Source of the DNA: Candidatus Omnitrophota bacterium
GTDB lineage: Bacteria > Omnitrophota > Gorgyraeia > Zapsychrales > JBDRMG01
Direction of reading: 5' to 3'
DNA length: 41,539 nt
Assembly: GCA_043812495.1 (NCBI GenBank)
Contig: JBDRMG010000005.1
Location: 1 to 41,539, forward strand
The position numbers and the translations under genes are program-made. The notes below the pieces were generated by a model. The model was not told the DNA's origin. It made no database searches and worked only from the letters and a program-made list of their open reading frames with translations. Positions 18,159 to 25,590 of the stretch are shown here, one piece after another. How positions within the stretch are numbered: the stretch's first letter is position 1; each line of letters starts with the position of its first letter.

Positions 18159-18974
18159 CTAAGTTCCAATTTTAATAAAGTTAACGTGTTGTTTGAGCGT
18201 CTGCAGAGCTGATAACACAGCGAGATAACTTGTTTTCGGATTGTCCGGACACGGAACATTATCCGTTCGTGTCATTAGGCGGCCAAATGATCCTTCAACG
18301 ACAATTTCGTGGCTGTTTGTTTTAAATTGAGGTGATGTGATGATGCGAATCTTCATTTTGTTCTTAGCGCGGCTCGCTAAAGCCAACGTTGCGGCCACGT
18401 TGATATTGCGTGGAAAATATTTGACCGCTCTCTTAACATCCCCTTCAAAAATAATTGTTTCCTTTTTGATATGGCTTAAATCGATCCCCTTTTCGATCAC
18501 ATAGCGTGCGTTCGCTAAACCCCGGGGGGGTTTGCGCGTTGTGAGCGTGATTTTAGATATTTTTTCAAGACTTCCGGCCTTGATGGCGTCCAGGCCGCCG
18601 ATAGCGCCTGAGGGAAGCAGCAAATGGCATTTATTTTTTTCTGCAAGCTTAAAAAGATCAGGCGCGCTTAGCATCTGGCCGATACTCATAACGAGAACGC
18701 TTTTCTTGGCCAGTAACGCGGGTTTGATAATACTGCGTATGTTATTAGAAGAAACAGCTTCAACGATCAAATCACACTTTTTAATCAAACTATTTAGCGT
18801 TGATGCAACGATGTCTTGACGATGAAGCTTGTTTGCCAAGGCACAAGTTTTTTCTTTATCAATATCATAAAGTGCGTTAATACAAAACGATTTCTTCCAC
18901 TCCTTTTGTATGCGCTTGGCGATGCCTGTTCCAATAGCCCCGCAGCCGACTATTCCAATGTGTGTCTTTTTCAT
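18159..18974 (-). CDS. nadX: L-aspartate dehydrogenase
   Basis: GCGAIG Rossmann motif, 'PSGAIGGLD', 'FPRNINVAATLALA', 'HEI', 'PDNPKTSYLAVLS'. Confidence 0.93.
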   Translation of the reverse strand: MKKTHIGIVGCGAIGTGIAKRIQKEWKKSFCINALYDIDKEKTCALANKLHRQDIVASTLNSLIKKCDLIVEAVSSNNIRSIIKPALLAKKSVLVMSIGQMLSAPDLFKLAEKNKCHLLLPSGAIGGLDAIKAGSLEKISKITLTTRKPPRGLANARYVIEKGIDLSHIKKETIIFEGDVKRAVKYFPRNINVAATLALASRAKNKMKIRIITSPQFKTNSHEIVVEGSFGRLMTRTDNVPCPDNPKTSYLAVLSALQTLKQHVNFIKIGT

Positions 18975-19819
18975 AGAACGTTGACCCTTATGTTATCAAT
19001 GAGACGTGTTGTACCGAAATAAACCGCCAAAGCGATGAAGAATGTGCCTTTAAGATTCTTTAAAGTGGTCAGGGTTTGCGCATCCGAGCATTCAATATAA
19101 TCAATCTTGGCATCGCTATGTTTCTGAATTACCTGTTTCATTATGTTTTTAATGATGCTTGCTCGTCTTTCGCCTTTTTTAATGAGATCCTTCGCACGCT
19201 TCAAAGATTGAAATAAAACACAGGCCTCTTGTCTTTGATTCGTCGTAAGATATGAATTGCGCGAACTCATGGCTAAACCATTCTTCTCGCGTATGATCGG
19301 CATGACCTTAATCTTCATTTTAAAGTTAAGATCTTCGATCATCTTTGCAATGATAACGGCTTGCTGCGCATCCTTTTGTCCCAAGTAAAGAACATCCGGC
19401 TCGACGATATTTAAAAGTTTGCAGACGATCGTGGTCACGCCCAGGAAATGATTCGCTCGCGTCCGTCCGCAAAGAGTCTCGCTTAAGTTTGTTACGTCAA
19501 CATATGTCAAATAGCGGTTCGGATACATTGTTTTTTCCGACGGATAAAACATTATATCAACATTTTCATTTTTTGCCAAGCATTCATCTTGTTTTTTATT
19601 GCGCGGATATTTCTTAAAATCCTCGCCGGGAGAAAACTGTGTTGGATTGACAAACAGGCTCACAACCGTGCAATCGTTTTCTTGTTTCGATTTTTTCATC
19701 AAAGACAAATGACCTTGGTGGAAATAGCCCATCGTCGGCACAAATCCGATACGTTGTTTCTTCCTTCTGATCGGTGCAAGAGTTTTGCGAAGTTGGTGGA
19801 TGGAGCGAATGATCTTCAT
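18971..19819 (-). CDS. panC: Pantoate--beta-alanine ligase
   Basis: 'GFVPTMGYFHQGHLSL', 'FVNPTQF', 'GQKDAQQ', 'GLAMSSRN', 'RLIDN'. Confidence 0.98.
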   Translation of the reverse strand: MKIIRSIHQLRKTLAPIRRKKQRIGFVPTMGYFHQGHLSLMKKSKQENDCTVVSLFVNPTQFSPGEDFKKYPRNKKQDECLAKNENVDIMFYPSEKTMYPNRYLTYVDVTNLSETLCGRTRANHFLGVTTIVCKLLNIVEPDVLYLGQKDAQQAVIIAKMIEDLNFKMKIKVMPIIREKNGLAMSSRNSYLTTNQRQEACVLFQSLKRAKDLIKKGERRASIIKNIMKQVIQKHSDAKIDYIECSDAQTLTTLKNLKGTFFIALAVYFGTTRLIDNIRVNVL

Positions 19820-20238
19820 CGTACTTTACCTTCAACGTGCTGAGGTGCGATTTCTTTTAATGGTTGTAAAACAAAATTCCGCTGATGCATCCTGGGATGC
19901 GGAATAATGAGATCTGGTTCATTAAGCGCAATATCATCATACAGCAACACGTCCATATCGATGGTCCGGGGACCATTACGCACTGTTTTTGTACGCCCCA
20001 GTTTTTGCTCAATCGTTTTGATAAGGGATAATAATTCATGGGGATCTAAAGATGTGGTGACTTCAATGACCGTATTGAGGAATAGACATTGGGGCGGGCC
20101 GCCTTCAGGCTCTGTTTCAATGATGTGCGCGCGCTTGGTGACTCTGATGCTATGATCCTCAAGCAATTTTATCGCTTGGAGAATATTTTGCTCTCGATTG
20201 CCAAGATTCGAGCCTAAACCAAGATAAGCAATTGCCAC
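19816..20238 (-). CDS. folK: 6-hydroxymethyl-7,8-dihydropterin pyrophosphokinase
   Basis: 'AYLGLGSNLG', 'GPRTIDMDVL', 'LIIPHPRMHQRNFVLQPL'. Confidence 0.97.
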   Translation of the reverse strand: MAIAYLGLGSNLGNREQNILQAIKLLEDHSIRVTKRAHIIETEPEGGPPQCLFLNTVIEVTTSLDPHELLSLIKTIEQKLGRTKTVRNGPRTIDMDVLLYDDIALNEPDLIIPHPRMHQRNFVLQPLKEIAPQHVEGKVR

Positions 20239-21399
20239 TTAGAGAACCTTCTTTAATCGCTCAACAGCTTCAAACAGTCTTTCTTTGGGGACCGTTAGGG
20301 CCATGCGCACAAAACCCTCTCCTGCCTGGCCAAAACCCACACCCGGCGTTACGATAATATCGGCCTGATCCAAAAAGGCTTTGGATGTTTCCATGGAATC
20401 ATTAAATTTTTTTGGGATCTTGGCCCAAACAAAAAAGGATGCACTTGGAGGAGTAATTTTCCAACCAATACTACGCAGGCCGTTAATGAGCGCATCCCGC
20501 CGTTCTTGATAAACATTGCGCAAATCGTTGACGTCCTGAGCCCCTTCTCTGAGGGCCTTGACAGCCGCAACTTGGATAGCCTGAAAAATACCGGAATCCA
20601 TATTGGATTTCACTTTAGCCAGGGCCGCGATCAATTGATGGTTGCCGCAGGCCCATCCGATGCGCCAACCGGACATATTGTATGTTTTTGAGAACGAATG
20701 GAATTCAATGGCCACGTCTTTTGCGCCTTCGATTTCCAGGATGCTGACGGGTTTTTCGTTATCATAGAAAATTTCGGAATAGGCTAAATCAGAAACCAGG
20801 ATCATGTTTTTCTCTCGCGCGATGCGAACGAGTTCTTGAAGGAATTCCCGTGGTGCCGTGGCTGCTGTGGGGTTGTTCGGATAGTTGATGAGCATCATTT
20901 TGATATCTTTTGCCGCCTCTACCTTCTTTAAATCGGGAAGAAAATTGTTCCCGGACTTCAACGGGACAGTAACGATTTTGCCACCGGCAAAAGTAATGGC
21001 TGCTCGGTAAGCCGGATACGCTGGGTCTGTCAAAAGGACCTTGTCTTTAGGATTGATAATGCCCAGAGGTAAATGTGCCAGGCCCTCCTTTGAACCGATC
21101 AAAGGATAGATTTCTTGCCCGGAATCAAGAGAAACACCGAAACGATTTAAAAACCATTCGCCAATGGCCGAACGTAATTCCGGCAGGCCGGCATCAAAAG
21201 CATAACGGTGATTGGCTTTGTCGCGCGCCGCTTGCGCTAATGCGTCAATAATAAAAGGAAATGTGCCTAAATCGGGGTCCCCGACACCCAAGTCGATCAC
21301 GTCTCGTCCGGCGGCCTTGGCCTCGCGCTTCGCCTTATCAATTTCAAGGAACAGATAAGGCGGTAGCTGTTTGAGTCTTTCTGAAAATTCAATATGCAC
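20239..21399 (-). CDS. dapL: LL-diaminopimelate aminotransferase (class I/II PLP enzyme)
   Basis: 'LPPYLF', 'GSKEG', 'NYPNNPT', 'SFSKTYNMSGWRIG'; sits in the dap cluster, and no dapD/dapE is present in the window. Confidence 0.85.
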   Translation of the reverse strand: MHIEFSERLKQLPPYLFLEIDKAKREAKAAGRDVIDLGVGDPDLGTFPFIIDALAQAARDKANHRYAFDAGLPELRSAIGEWFLNRFGVSLDSGQEIYPLIGSKEGLAHLPLGIINPKDKVLLTDPAYPAYRAAITFAGGKIVTVPLKSGNNFLPDLKKVEAAKDIKMMLINYPNNPTAATAPREFLQELVRIAREKNMILVSDLAYSEIFYDNEKPVSILEIEGAKDVAIEFHSFSKTYNMSGWRIGWACGNHQLIAALAKVKSNMDSGIFQAIQVAAVKALREGAQDVNDLRNVYQERRDALINGLRSIGWKITPPSASFFVWAKIPKKFNDSMETSKAFLDQADIIVTPGVGFGQAGEGFVRMALTVPKERLFEAVERLKKVL

Positions 21400-21403
21400 G
21401 AGA

Positions 21404-21565
21404 TTACCTTCTTTCTCTTAATTTCCAACGTATCGCCATAAGGCGCTTGGAAGAAGTTTTGACTGCTAATTGATGCAGTTGTTCGAGGATTTCAAGTTTT
21501 TTAGCCGGGGGGATTTTCATCCACTTGCGCGTTCTTTCGTTGGCACTTTCCCATTTTGATATCAT
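21404..21565 (-). CDS. 53-aa basic protein coupled to the nucleotidyltransferase (not in the ORF track)
   Basis: MISKWESANERTRKWMKIPPAKKLEILEQLHQLAVKTSSKRLMAIRWKLRERR*; ATGA overlap with the upstream stop; fills the gap to dapL. Confidence 0.7.
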   Translation of the reverse strand: MISKWESANERTRKWMKIPPAKKLEILEQLHQLAVKTSSKRLMAIRWKLRERR

Positions 21566-22056
21566 GCCAGTCTTCCGTTTCTCTTGATTCGATTTAGTTC
21601 ATAGATGTCAATCTTATCTATGTCTCGATTTGCTTTCTTTTTCATTTTAATCAAATGGTCAACGGACATGACCCACAGCGTCAATTGTCCGCACTTGATC
21701 CGTTTAGCAGATTTAATGGCTTGCTCAAATGAGACCGGTGACTCAATAATAATATCGACTTCCTTAAATGCTTCTTCCTTGTAAAAGTTAAAAGCTTTCA
21801 TGTGCTTGTTTTTAATCCAATCTCTTCGTGTGTTGGTATTGGCAATCCCCATGGGATCAACCGGCTGTTTGACTCTGTATCCTTTTTGGGTGAGGATCCT
21901 AACGATCTTCGCGAGATTCTCATCGCTCATTTCAACAAGGATATCTAAATCAGCCGTACTGCGGAAAGAACCTAAAAGATTGACAGCTAAGCCGCCGGCA
22001 ATAACATAACGGACTTTCTTTTTTTGAAATTCACTCAAGATTTCTTCGTAGAACAT
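21562..22056 (-). CDS. Pol-beta superfamily nucleotidyltransferase (AbiEii/DUF6036-like)
   Basis: 'YVIAGGLAVNLLGSFRSTADLDIL' and C-terminal 'LIKMKKKANRDIDKIDI'. Confidence 0.85.
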   Translation of the reverse strand: MFYEEILSEFQKKKVRYVIAGGLAVNLLGSFRSTADLDILVEMSDENLAKIVRILTQKGYRVKQPVDPMGIANTNTRRDWIKNKHMKAFNFYKEEAFKEVDIIIESPVSFEQAIKSAKRIKCGQLTLWVMSVDHLIKMKKKANRDIDKIDIYELNRIKRNGRLA

Positions 22057-22096
22057 AGGACATCCTTACAAGCAAGTTTTTCTTCTTACCTATTTG

Positions 22097-22816
22097 CTAT
22101 TTCAACTGCAGCACATCTTGCATATTAAACAAACCTTTTTTCTGTGCCGAAACATATTTAGCGGCGACCAAAGAGCCTTCGGCAAAGATATCGCGCGTTT
22201 TGGCATGATGGCCGATCGTGATCGTATCGACCTTGCTTTCAAAGACAACTTCATGATCTCCCACAATCTCATCTTCGCGGATCGATTTGATATTTTCTAC
22301 CTTTGCGCCTGTGGCGTTCTGGATAATTTGCGCTAAGGACTTAGCGGTCCCGGAAGGGGCATCCTTTTTATGAACATGATGGGCTTCGGTGATTTTGACC
22401 GCATAGGCGTTGGATGTTTTCTCGGAGACGATTTGGGCGAGTTTAAAAAGAACATTCACGCCGACCGACATATTGGAGGCAAAGACAATCGCGATTTTCT
22501 CCGAGGCCTTGCTGATTTTCTGGATCTGTTCATCCGAAAGTCCGGTTGTCCCAATCACCATTTTGACATTGTTTTTGACGCATTCATCACAATGAGCCAT
22601 GGTGGCTTCGGGTGAGGAAAATTCAATCAGCACATCCGCTTTTTTCAGATTTTTGACGTCCGATGCAATCGGAATTTTATCAACCTGTCCGCCGACGGCA
22701 GGATGGTTCTTATGTTCCAGAAGCGATGCAATCCTAAACTCTTTATCTTCTTGGGCTAGATGAAGAATTCTCAATCCCATACGCCCCTGACATCCGCTAA
22801 TTCCTAATTTAATCAT
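22097..22816 (-). CDS. dapB: 4-hydroxy-tetrahydrodipicolinate reductase
   Basis: 'GCQGRMG', 'VIGTTG', 'ASNMSVGVN', 'EAHHVHKKDAPSGTA'. Confidence 0.98.
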   Translation of the reverse strand: MIKLGISGCQGRMGLRILHLAQEDKEFRIASLLEHKNHPAVGGQVDKIPIASDVKNLKKADVLIEFSSPEATMAHCDECVKNNVKMVIGTTGLSDEQIQKISKASEKIAIVFASNMSVGVNVLFKLAQIVSEKTSNAYAVKITEAHHVHKKDAPSGTAKSLAQIIQNATGAKVENIKSIREDEIVGDHEVVFESKVDTITIGHHAKTRDIFAEGSLVAAKYVSAQKKGLFNMQDVLQLK

Positions 22817-22879
22817 GAAACATCCCTTCCTTTATTTATTCTACTTCGCCGAATACCCCGCAGCTTGGCTTTCGGGGAT

Positions 22880-22935
22880 GTCCGCCTTGCAAAGCAGGGC
22901 GAGATCTCGCCCAAAATCTTTGATTTTGGGCGGAA
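22880..22935. repeat. AGATCT twin-hairpin (dumbbell) element, copy A
   Basis: GTC-CGCCTTGC aaa GCAGGGCG-AGATCT-CGCCCAAAATC ttt GATTTTGGGCG-GAA. Confidence 0.75.
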
Positions 22936-22958
22936 AGGCGGAAGTAGAACCCTACGAA

Positions 22959-23092
22959 GTCCGTCTCCGCCAAATTGCTTTCGCGTTTGGCTTCGCCGAG
23001 ATCCCGCCGAAGTCAAACACGATAAGCACTTCGACTTTGCTGTGTCCTTCGAAGTGTCCTGAGCTAGTCGAAGGATATTTGACGAAGGCGGA
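22959..23092. repeat. Degenerate AGATCC twin-hairpin element, copy C, with a further repeat in its second loop
   Basis: GTCCG..GCCAAA..TTTGGC..CG-AGATCC-CGCC-GAA-GTCAAA...TTTGAC-GAA-GGCG-GA; loop holds CTTCGAC...TCCT-GA-GCTAGTC-GA-AGGA. Confidence 0.55.
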
Positions 23093-23272
23093 CTCAAACA
23101 CGCAACGAAGTGAAGTTTTTGAGCGGTCCTCCTTCGCCAAGGCTTCGGAAGGATTCTGCGAAGCTTTAGCGAAGCAGAACTTCGAAGAATGAACCATCCA
23201 AAACTTCCTTTAAGATACCCCGTAGCTTGCTACGGGGAGATTCATTGCTTTGGTCGGTTGCTTTCGTTAATT

Positions 23273-24151
23273 CTATTTCAGAAGTCCGTATTCCTTCAGA
23301 GCTTTCTTTAATTTCTCTTTGTTGTCATCCGCCATCGGGCAAAGAGGCAAGCGTACCTCATCGGAACAAAGACCCAAAAGCCCAGCCGCTGTCTTAACGG
23401 GAATCGGATTTGTTTCAATGAACAGGGCCTTGATGAGAGGCAAAAGCTTGTAATGCAACTCCTGAGCTTTTTTGATATTGCCGCTTTCAAAGGCTTTGAC
23501 CACATTGACCGTATCTTGAGGAACGAGGTTGGCGACAACCGAGATAACACCAACACCGCCAATGCCTAAGATGGGCAATGTGAGGGCGTCATCACCGGAA
23601 AGCAATAAGAAATCTTTAGGGCAGAGGCTCTTAATCTGAAGCATTTGATCAAGCGATCCCGAGGCCTCTTTGACGCCGATAATATTCTTGCAGTCGTGAG
23701 CCAGCTTGGCTATGGTTTCGGGATTGATATTGACAGCTGTCCGACCGGCGATGTTATAAAGAATGATGGGAATATTGACGCTGTCGGCGATTGCTTTGAA
23801 ATGAAGATAAAGGCCACGTTGCGTCGGCTTATTATAATAAGGACTCACGATCAAGGCGCCGTTGGCTCCGGCCTTTTTGGCATGTTGAGTTAAGGCCACC
23901 GCTTCCTTTGTTGAGTTAGAACCGGTGCCGGCTAGGACAGGAACCCTTTTGTTTGAAGCTTCGATGCACACTTCAATGACGCGCTCATGCTCTTCGGTTG
24001 AAAGCGTCGGAGATTCTCCCGTTGTTCCGCAGGGTAAAATGCCCGTGGTGCCGTTTTTGATTTGAAAATCAACCAATTCTTTGATTTTAGCTTCATCGAC
24101 TTGGTCATTCTTAAACGGTGTCATTAAGGCGACAATAGAACCCTTAAACAT
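23273..24151 (-). CDS. dapA: 4-hydroxy-tetrahydrodipicolinate synthase
   Basis: 'GTTGESPTL', 'PYYNKPTQ', 'LYNIAGRT', 'GVKEASG', 'LSGDD', 'ETNPIPVK'. Confidence 0.98.
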   Translation of the reverse strand: MFKGSIVALMTPFKNDQVDEAKIKELVDFQIKNGTTGILPCGTTGESPTLSTEEHERVIEVCIEASNKRVPVLAGTGSNSTKEAVALTQHAKKAGANGALIVSPYYNKPTQRGLYLHFKAIADSVNIPIILYNIAGRTAVNINPETIAKLAHDCKNIIGVKEASGSLDQMLQIKSLCPKDFLLLSGDDALTLPILGIGGVGVISVVANLVPQDTVNVVKAFESGNIKKAQELHYKLLPLIKALFIETNPIPVKTAAGLLGLCSDEVRLPLCPMADDNKEKLKKALKEYGLLK

Positions 24152-24162
24152 AATACTCCTCC

Positions 24163-24310
24163 TTTAATGAGTGCGTCACTTATGGAGCGAGCGAAAACGT
24201 CCGTCAAATTGCCTCAGGGCAATTTGACGAGATCTCGTCAATCTGTCAAAAGCAGATTGGCGGAAGCGAACATAAGTGACTGCACGAATTAAACCCCCAC
24301 ACCAATTATT
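24163..24310 (+). repeat. Tandem-GA hairpin element, copy 2 (left flank of GIY-YIG gene)
   Basis: TTTAAT-GA-GTGC-GTCACTTATG...CATAAGTGAC-t-GCAC-GA-ATTAAA-CCCCCACACCAATTATT. Confidence 0.82.
24199..24265. repeat. AGATCT twin-hairpin (dumbbell) element, copy B, nested in the loop of copy 2
   Basis: GTC-CGTCAAATTGCC tcag GGCAATTTGACG-AGATCT-CGTCAATCTG tcaaaag CAGATTGGCG-GAA. Confidence 0.75.
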
Positions 24311-24563
24311 ATGACAAACAATTTGAAATACGTCTTTTTAATTGGGCAAAGGCTCGAGATCTTAATTTAAGATTTCTTTCTCTATTTCTAGCATTACTCT
24401 CGGACTTGTAGCTCTCGCAATAGATCAGCTCAAAAGGTCCCCTTTTCTCTGTTGAAGCCACTTGACCGTTGTTGTGCTCTTTGACTCTTCTATTTAAATC
24501 ATTCGTAAATCCAATATATAAATTCGAATCTCTCGTACTTTTTAGTAAATAAACATGAAACAT
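24309..24563 (-). CDS. Stand-alone GIY-YIG nuclease (YhbQ/SLX1-like, 84 aa)
   Basis: MFHVYLLKS...LYIGFTNDLNRRVKEHNNG...ARNRERNLK retains the Tyr, Tyr, Arg, His and Glu positions. The ORF-track N-terminal extension is repeat DNA. Confidence 0.93.
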   Translation of the reverse strand: MFHVYLLKSTRDSNLYIGFTNDLNRRVKEHNNGQVASTEKRGPFELIYCESYKSESNARNRERNLKLRSRAFAQLKRRISNCLS

Positions 24564-24583
24564 TTTTGTATCTTGTTCATTAA

Positions 24584-24657
24584 AATAATTGGTGTGGGGG
24601 TCAAATTCGGACATACAACTTATGTCACTTCGTTCCATAATTTGTGTCCTCATTTGA
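24584..24657 (-). repeat. Tandem-GA hairpin element, copy 3 (right flank of GIY-YIG gene; contains the dapF stop)
   Basis: Minus strand: TCAAAT-GA-GGACA..TTATG-GA-AC-GAA-GT-GA-CATAA..TGTCC-GA-ATTTGA-CCCCCACACCAATTATT. Confidence 0.82.
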
Positions 24658-25471
24658 CATGGTACTCTCCTTTTGCGATAAATTGAACAGGTCCTTTCAA
24701 CCAGACATTCTCAATCTTTCTATTTTTTAAAGAAAACTGAATATTGAGAAGCTCCCCTCCGCTTGTCCGCACGTTCATCGAGACATGATCTCTGGAGAGA
24801 ATCAACGGGTTGGCTTTCAAAAAAGTGATGATCGCGCAGGCCACCGAACCCGTTCCGCAAGCCAGGGTTTCGTCTTCGACGCCTCGCTCATAGGTCCGCA
24901 CGTTCACGAGATTTTGTTTGACTTGCTCCACAAAATCGACATTGGTGCCGCGCGGTTTAAATTTATTATGGAAACGAATAAAACGGCCGATTCCGCTCAC
25001 GTCAATTTTTGCAAGATCACTGACAAAAATAATCGCGTGCGGGACACCTGTATCGATATAATTCACCTGAATAGTTCGTTTGCCGATTTTAATGGGGATG
25101 TTTGGTTTGTAGCCTTGAGGTTCGCTTAAGCGCACTTTGGCCACTTGCCCTTTAGCTTGCGCCAAGAGATTCCCTGACATTGTTTCGATACTAAATAATG
25201 TCTTTTTGGGTCTGCGGTTTTGAACAATGAAGGCCGCCATGCAGCGCGCTCCGTTACCGCACATCTCCGCTTCGGAGCCGTCGGCATTGATGATGCGCAT
25301 GCGGTAGTCAGCTTTCTTGGATTTATCCAAAACCAAAAGACCGTCGGCGCCAACTCCTGTTTTGCGGTTACAGACTTTGATGGCCAATTTCTTGAAATTG
25401 GTCTTAAGTACCTCCATAACCACAAAGTCGTTGCCCGCTCCTTGCATTTTTGTGAATTTAATTTTTTTCAT
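24650..25471 (-). CDS. dapF: Diaminopimelate epimerase
   Basis: 'FTKMQGAGNDF', 'AEMCGNGARC', 'GVPH', 'TYERGVEDETLACGTG'. Start trimmed to MKKIKF. Confidence 0.98.
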   Translation of the reverse strand: MKKIKFTKMQGAGNDFVVMEVLKTNFKKLAIKVCNRKTGVGADGLLVLDKSKKADYRMRIINADGSEAEMCGNGARCMAAFIVQNRRPKKTLFSIETMSGNLLAQAKGQVAKVRLSEPQGYKPNIPIKIGKRTIQVNYIDTGVPHAIIFVSDLAKIDVSGIGRFIRFHNKFKPRGTNVDFVEQVKQNLVNVRTYERGVEDETLACGTGSVACAIITFLKANPLILSRDHVSMNVRTSGGELLNIQFSLKNRKIENVWLKGPVQFIAKGEYHVK

Positions 25472-25502
25472 TAATGAAGCATTATGATTATATTTGTTTC
25501 CT

Positions 25503-25590
25503 CCCCGCCCTTTTGCTGAAAGCAAAAGGGCGGGGTCAATTCGGCCTTATGACTTATGTCGTTTTACTCCGTAAGTCATGGCCTCATTGA
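25503..25590 (-). repeat. Tandem-GA hairpin element, solitary copy 4 (overlaps the lysA 3' end)
   Basis: Minus strand: TCAAT-GA-GGCC-ATGACTTACG-GA-GT-AAA-AC-GA-CATAAGTCAT-aa-GGCC-GA-ATTGA-CCCCGCCCTTTTGCT ttc AGCAAAAGGGCGGGG. Confidence 0.82.

Larger units (their letters stand above)
22839..23246. mobile_element. Non-coding IS200/IS605-like remnant (hairpin-ended, non-autonomous) filled with nested palindromic repeats
   Basis: Directly repeated subterminal hairpins ATACCCCGCAGCTTG..CGGGGA (22853-22878) and ATACCCCGTAGCTTGCTACGGGGA (23215-23238); no credible ORF between them. Confidence 0.6.
24163..24657. mobile_element. Candidate element: GIY-YIG nuclease gene bracketed by inverted structured repeats
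   Basis: Perfect 18-bp inverted repeat (24293-24310 / 24584-24601) plus inverted tandem-GA hairpins; interrupts dapF-dapA. Mobility is inferred. Confidence 0.55.

Noticed and set aside
22940..22972. CCGTCTCCGCCA resembling a tRNA 3' end
   Set aside because: No T-loop GTTCRA and no cloverleaf; explained as an arm of the palindromic repeat.
22813..23197. ORF-track ORFs in the dapA-dapB spacer (125, 94, 81 and 65 aa)
   Set aside because: They are read through stacked palindromic repeats on both strands and show no recognisable motif.
24564..24653. N-terminal extensions in the ORF track (GIY-YIG; also dapF, uvrA, argB, argF, truA, fabF, acpP)
   Set aside because: They run through repeats, terminators or upstream genes; family-typical N-termini begin at the downstream ATGs used above.
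22839..25590. Clustered repeats as a CRISPR array or integron attC cassette array
   Set aside because: No regularly spaced identical repeats, no cas or integrase gene, and I did not find RYYYAAC/GTTRRRY core sites at the hairpin ends.
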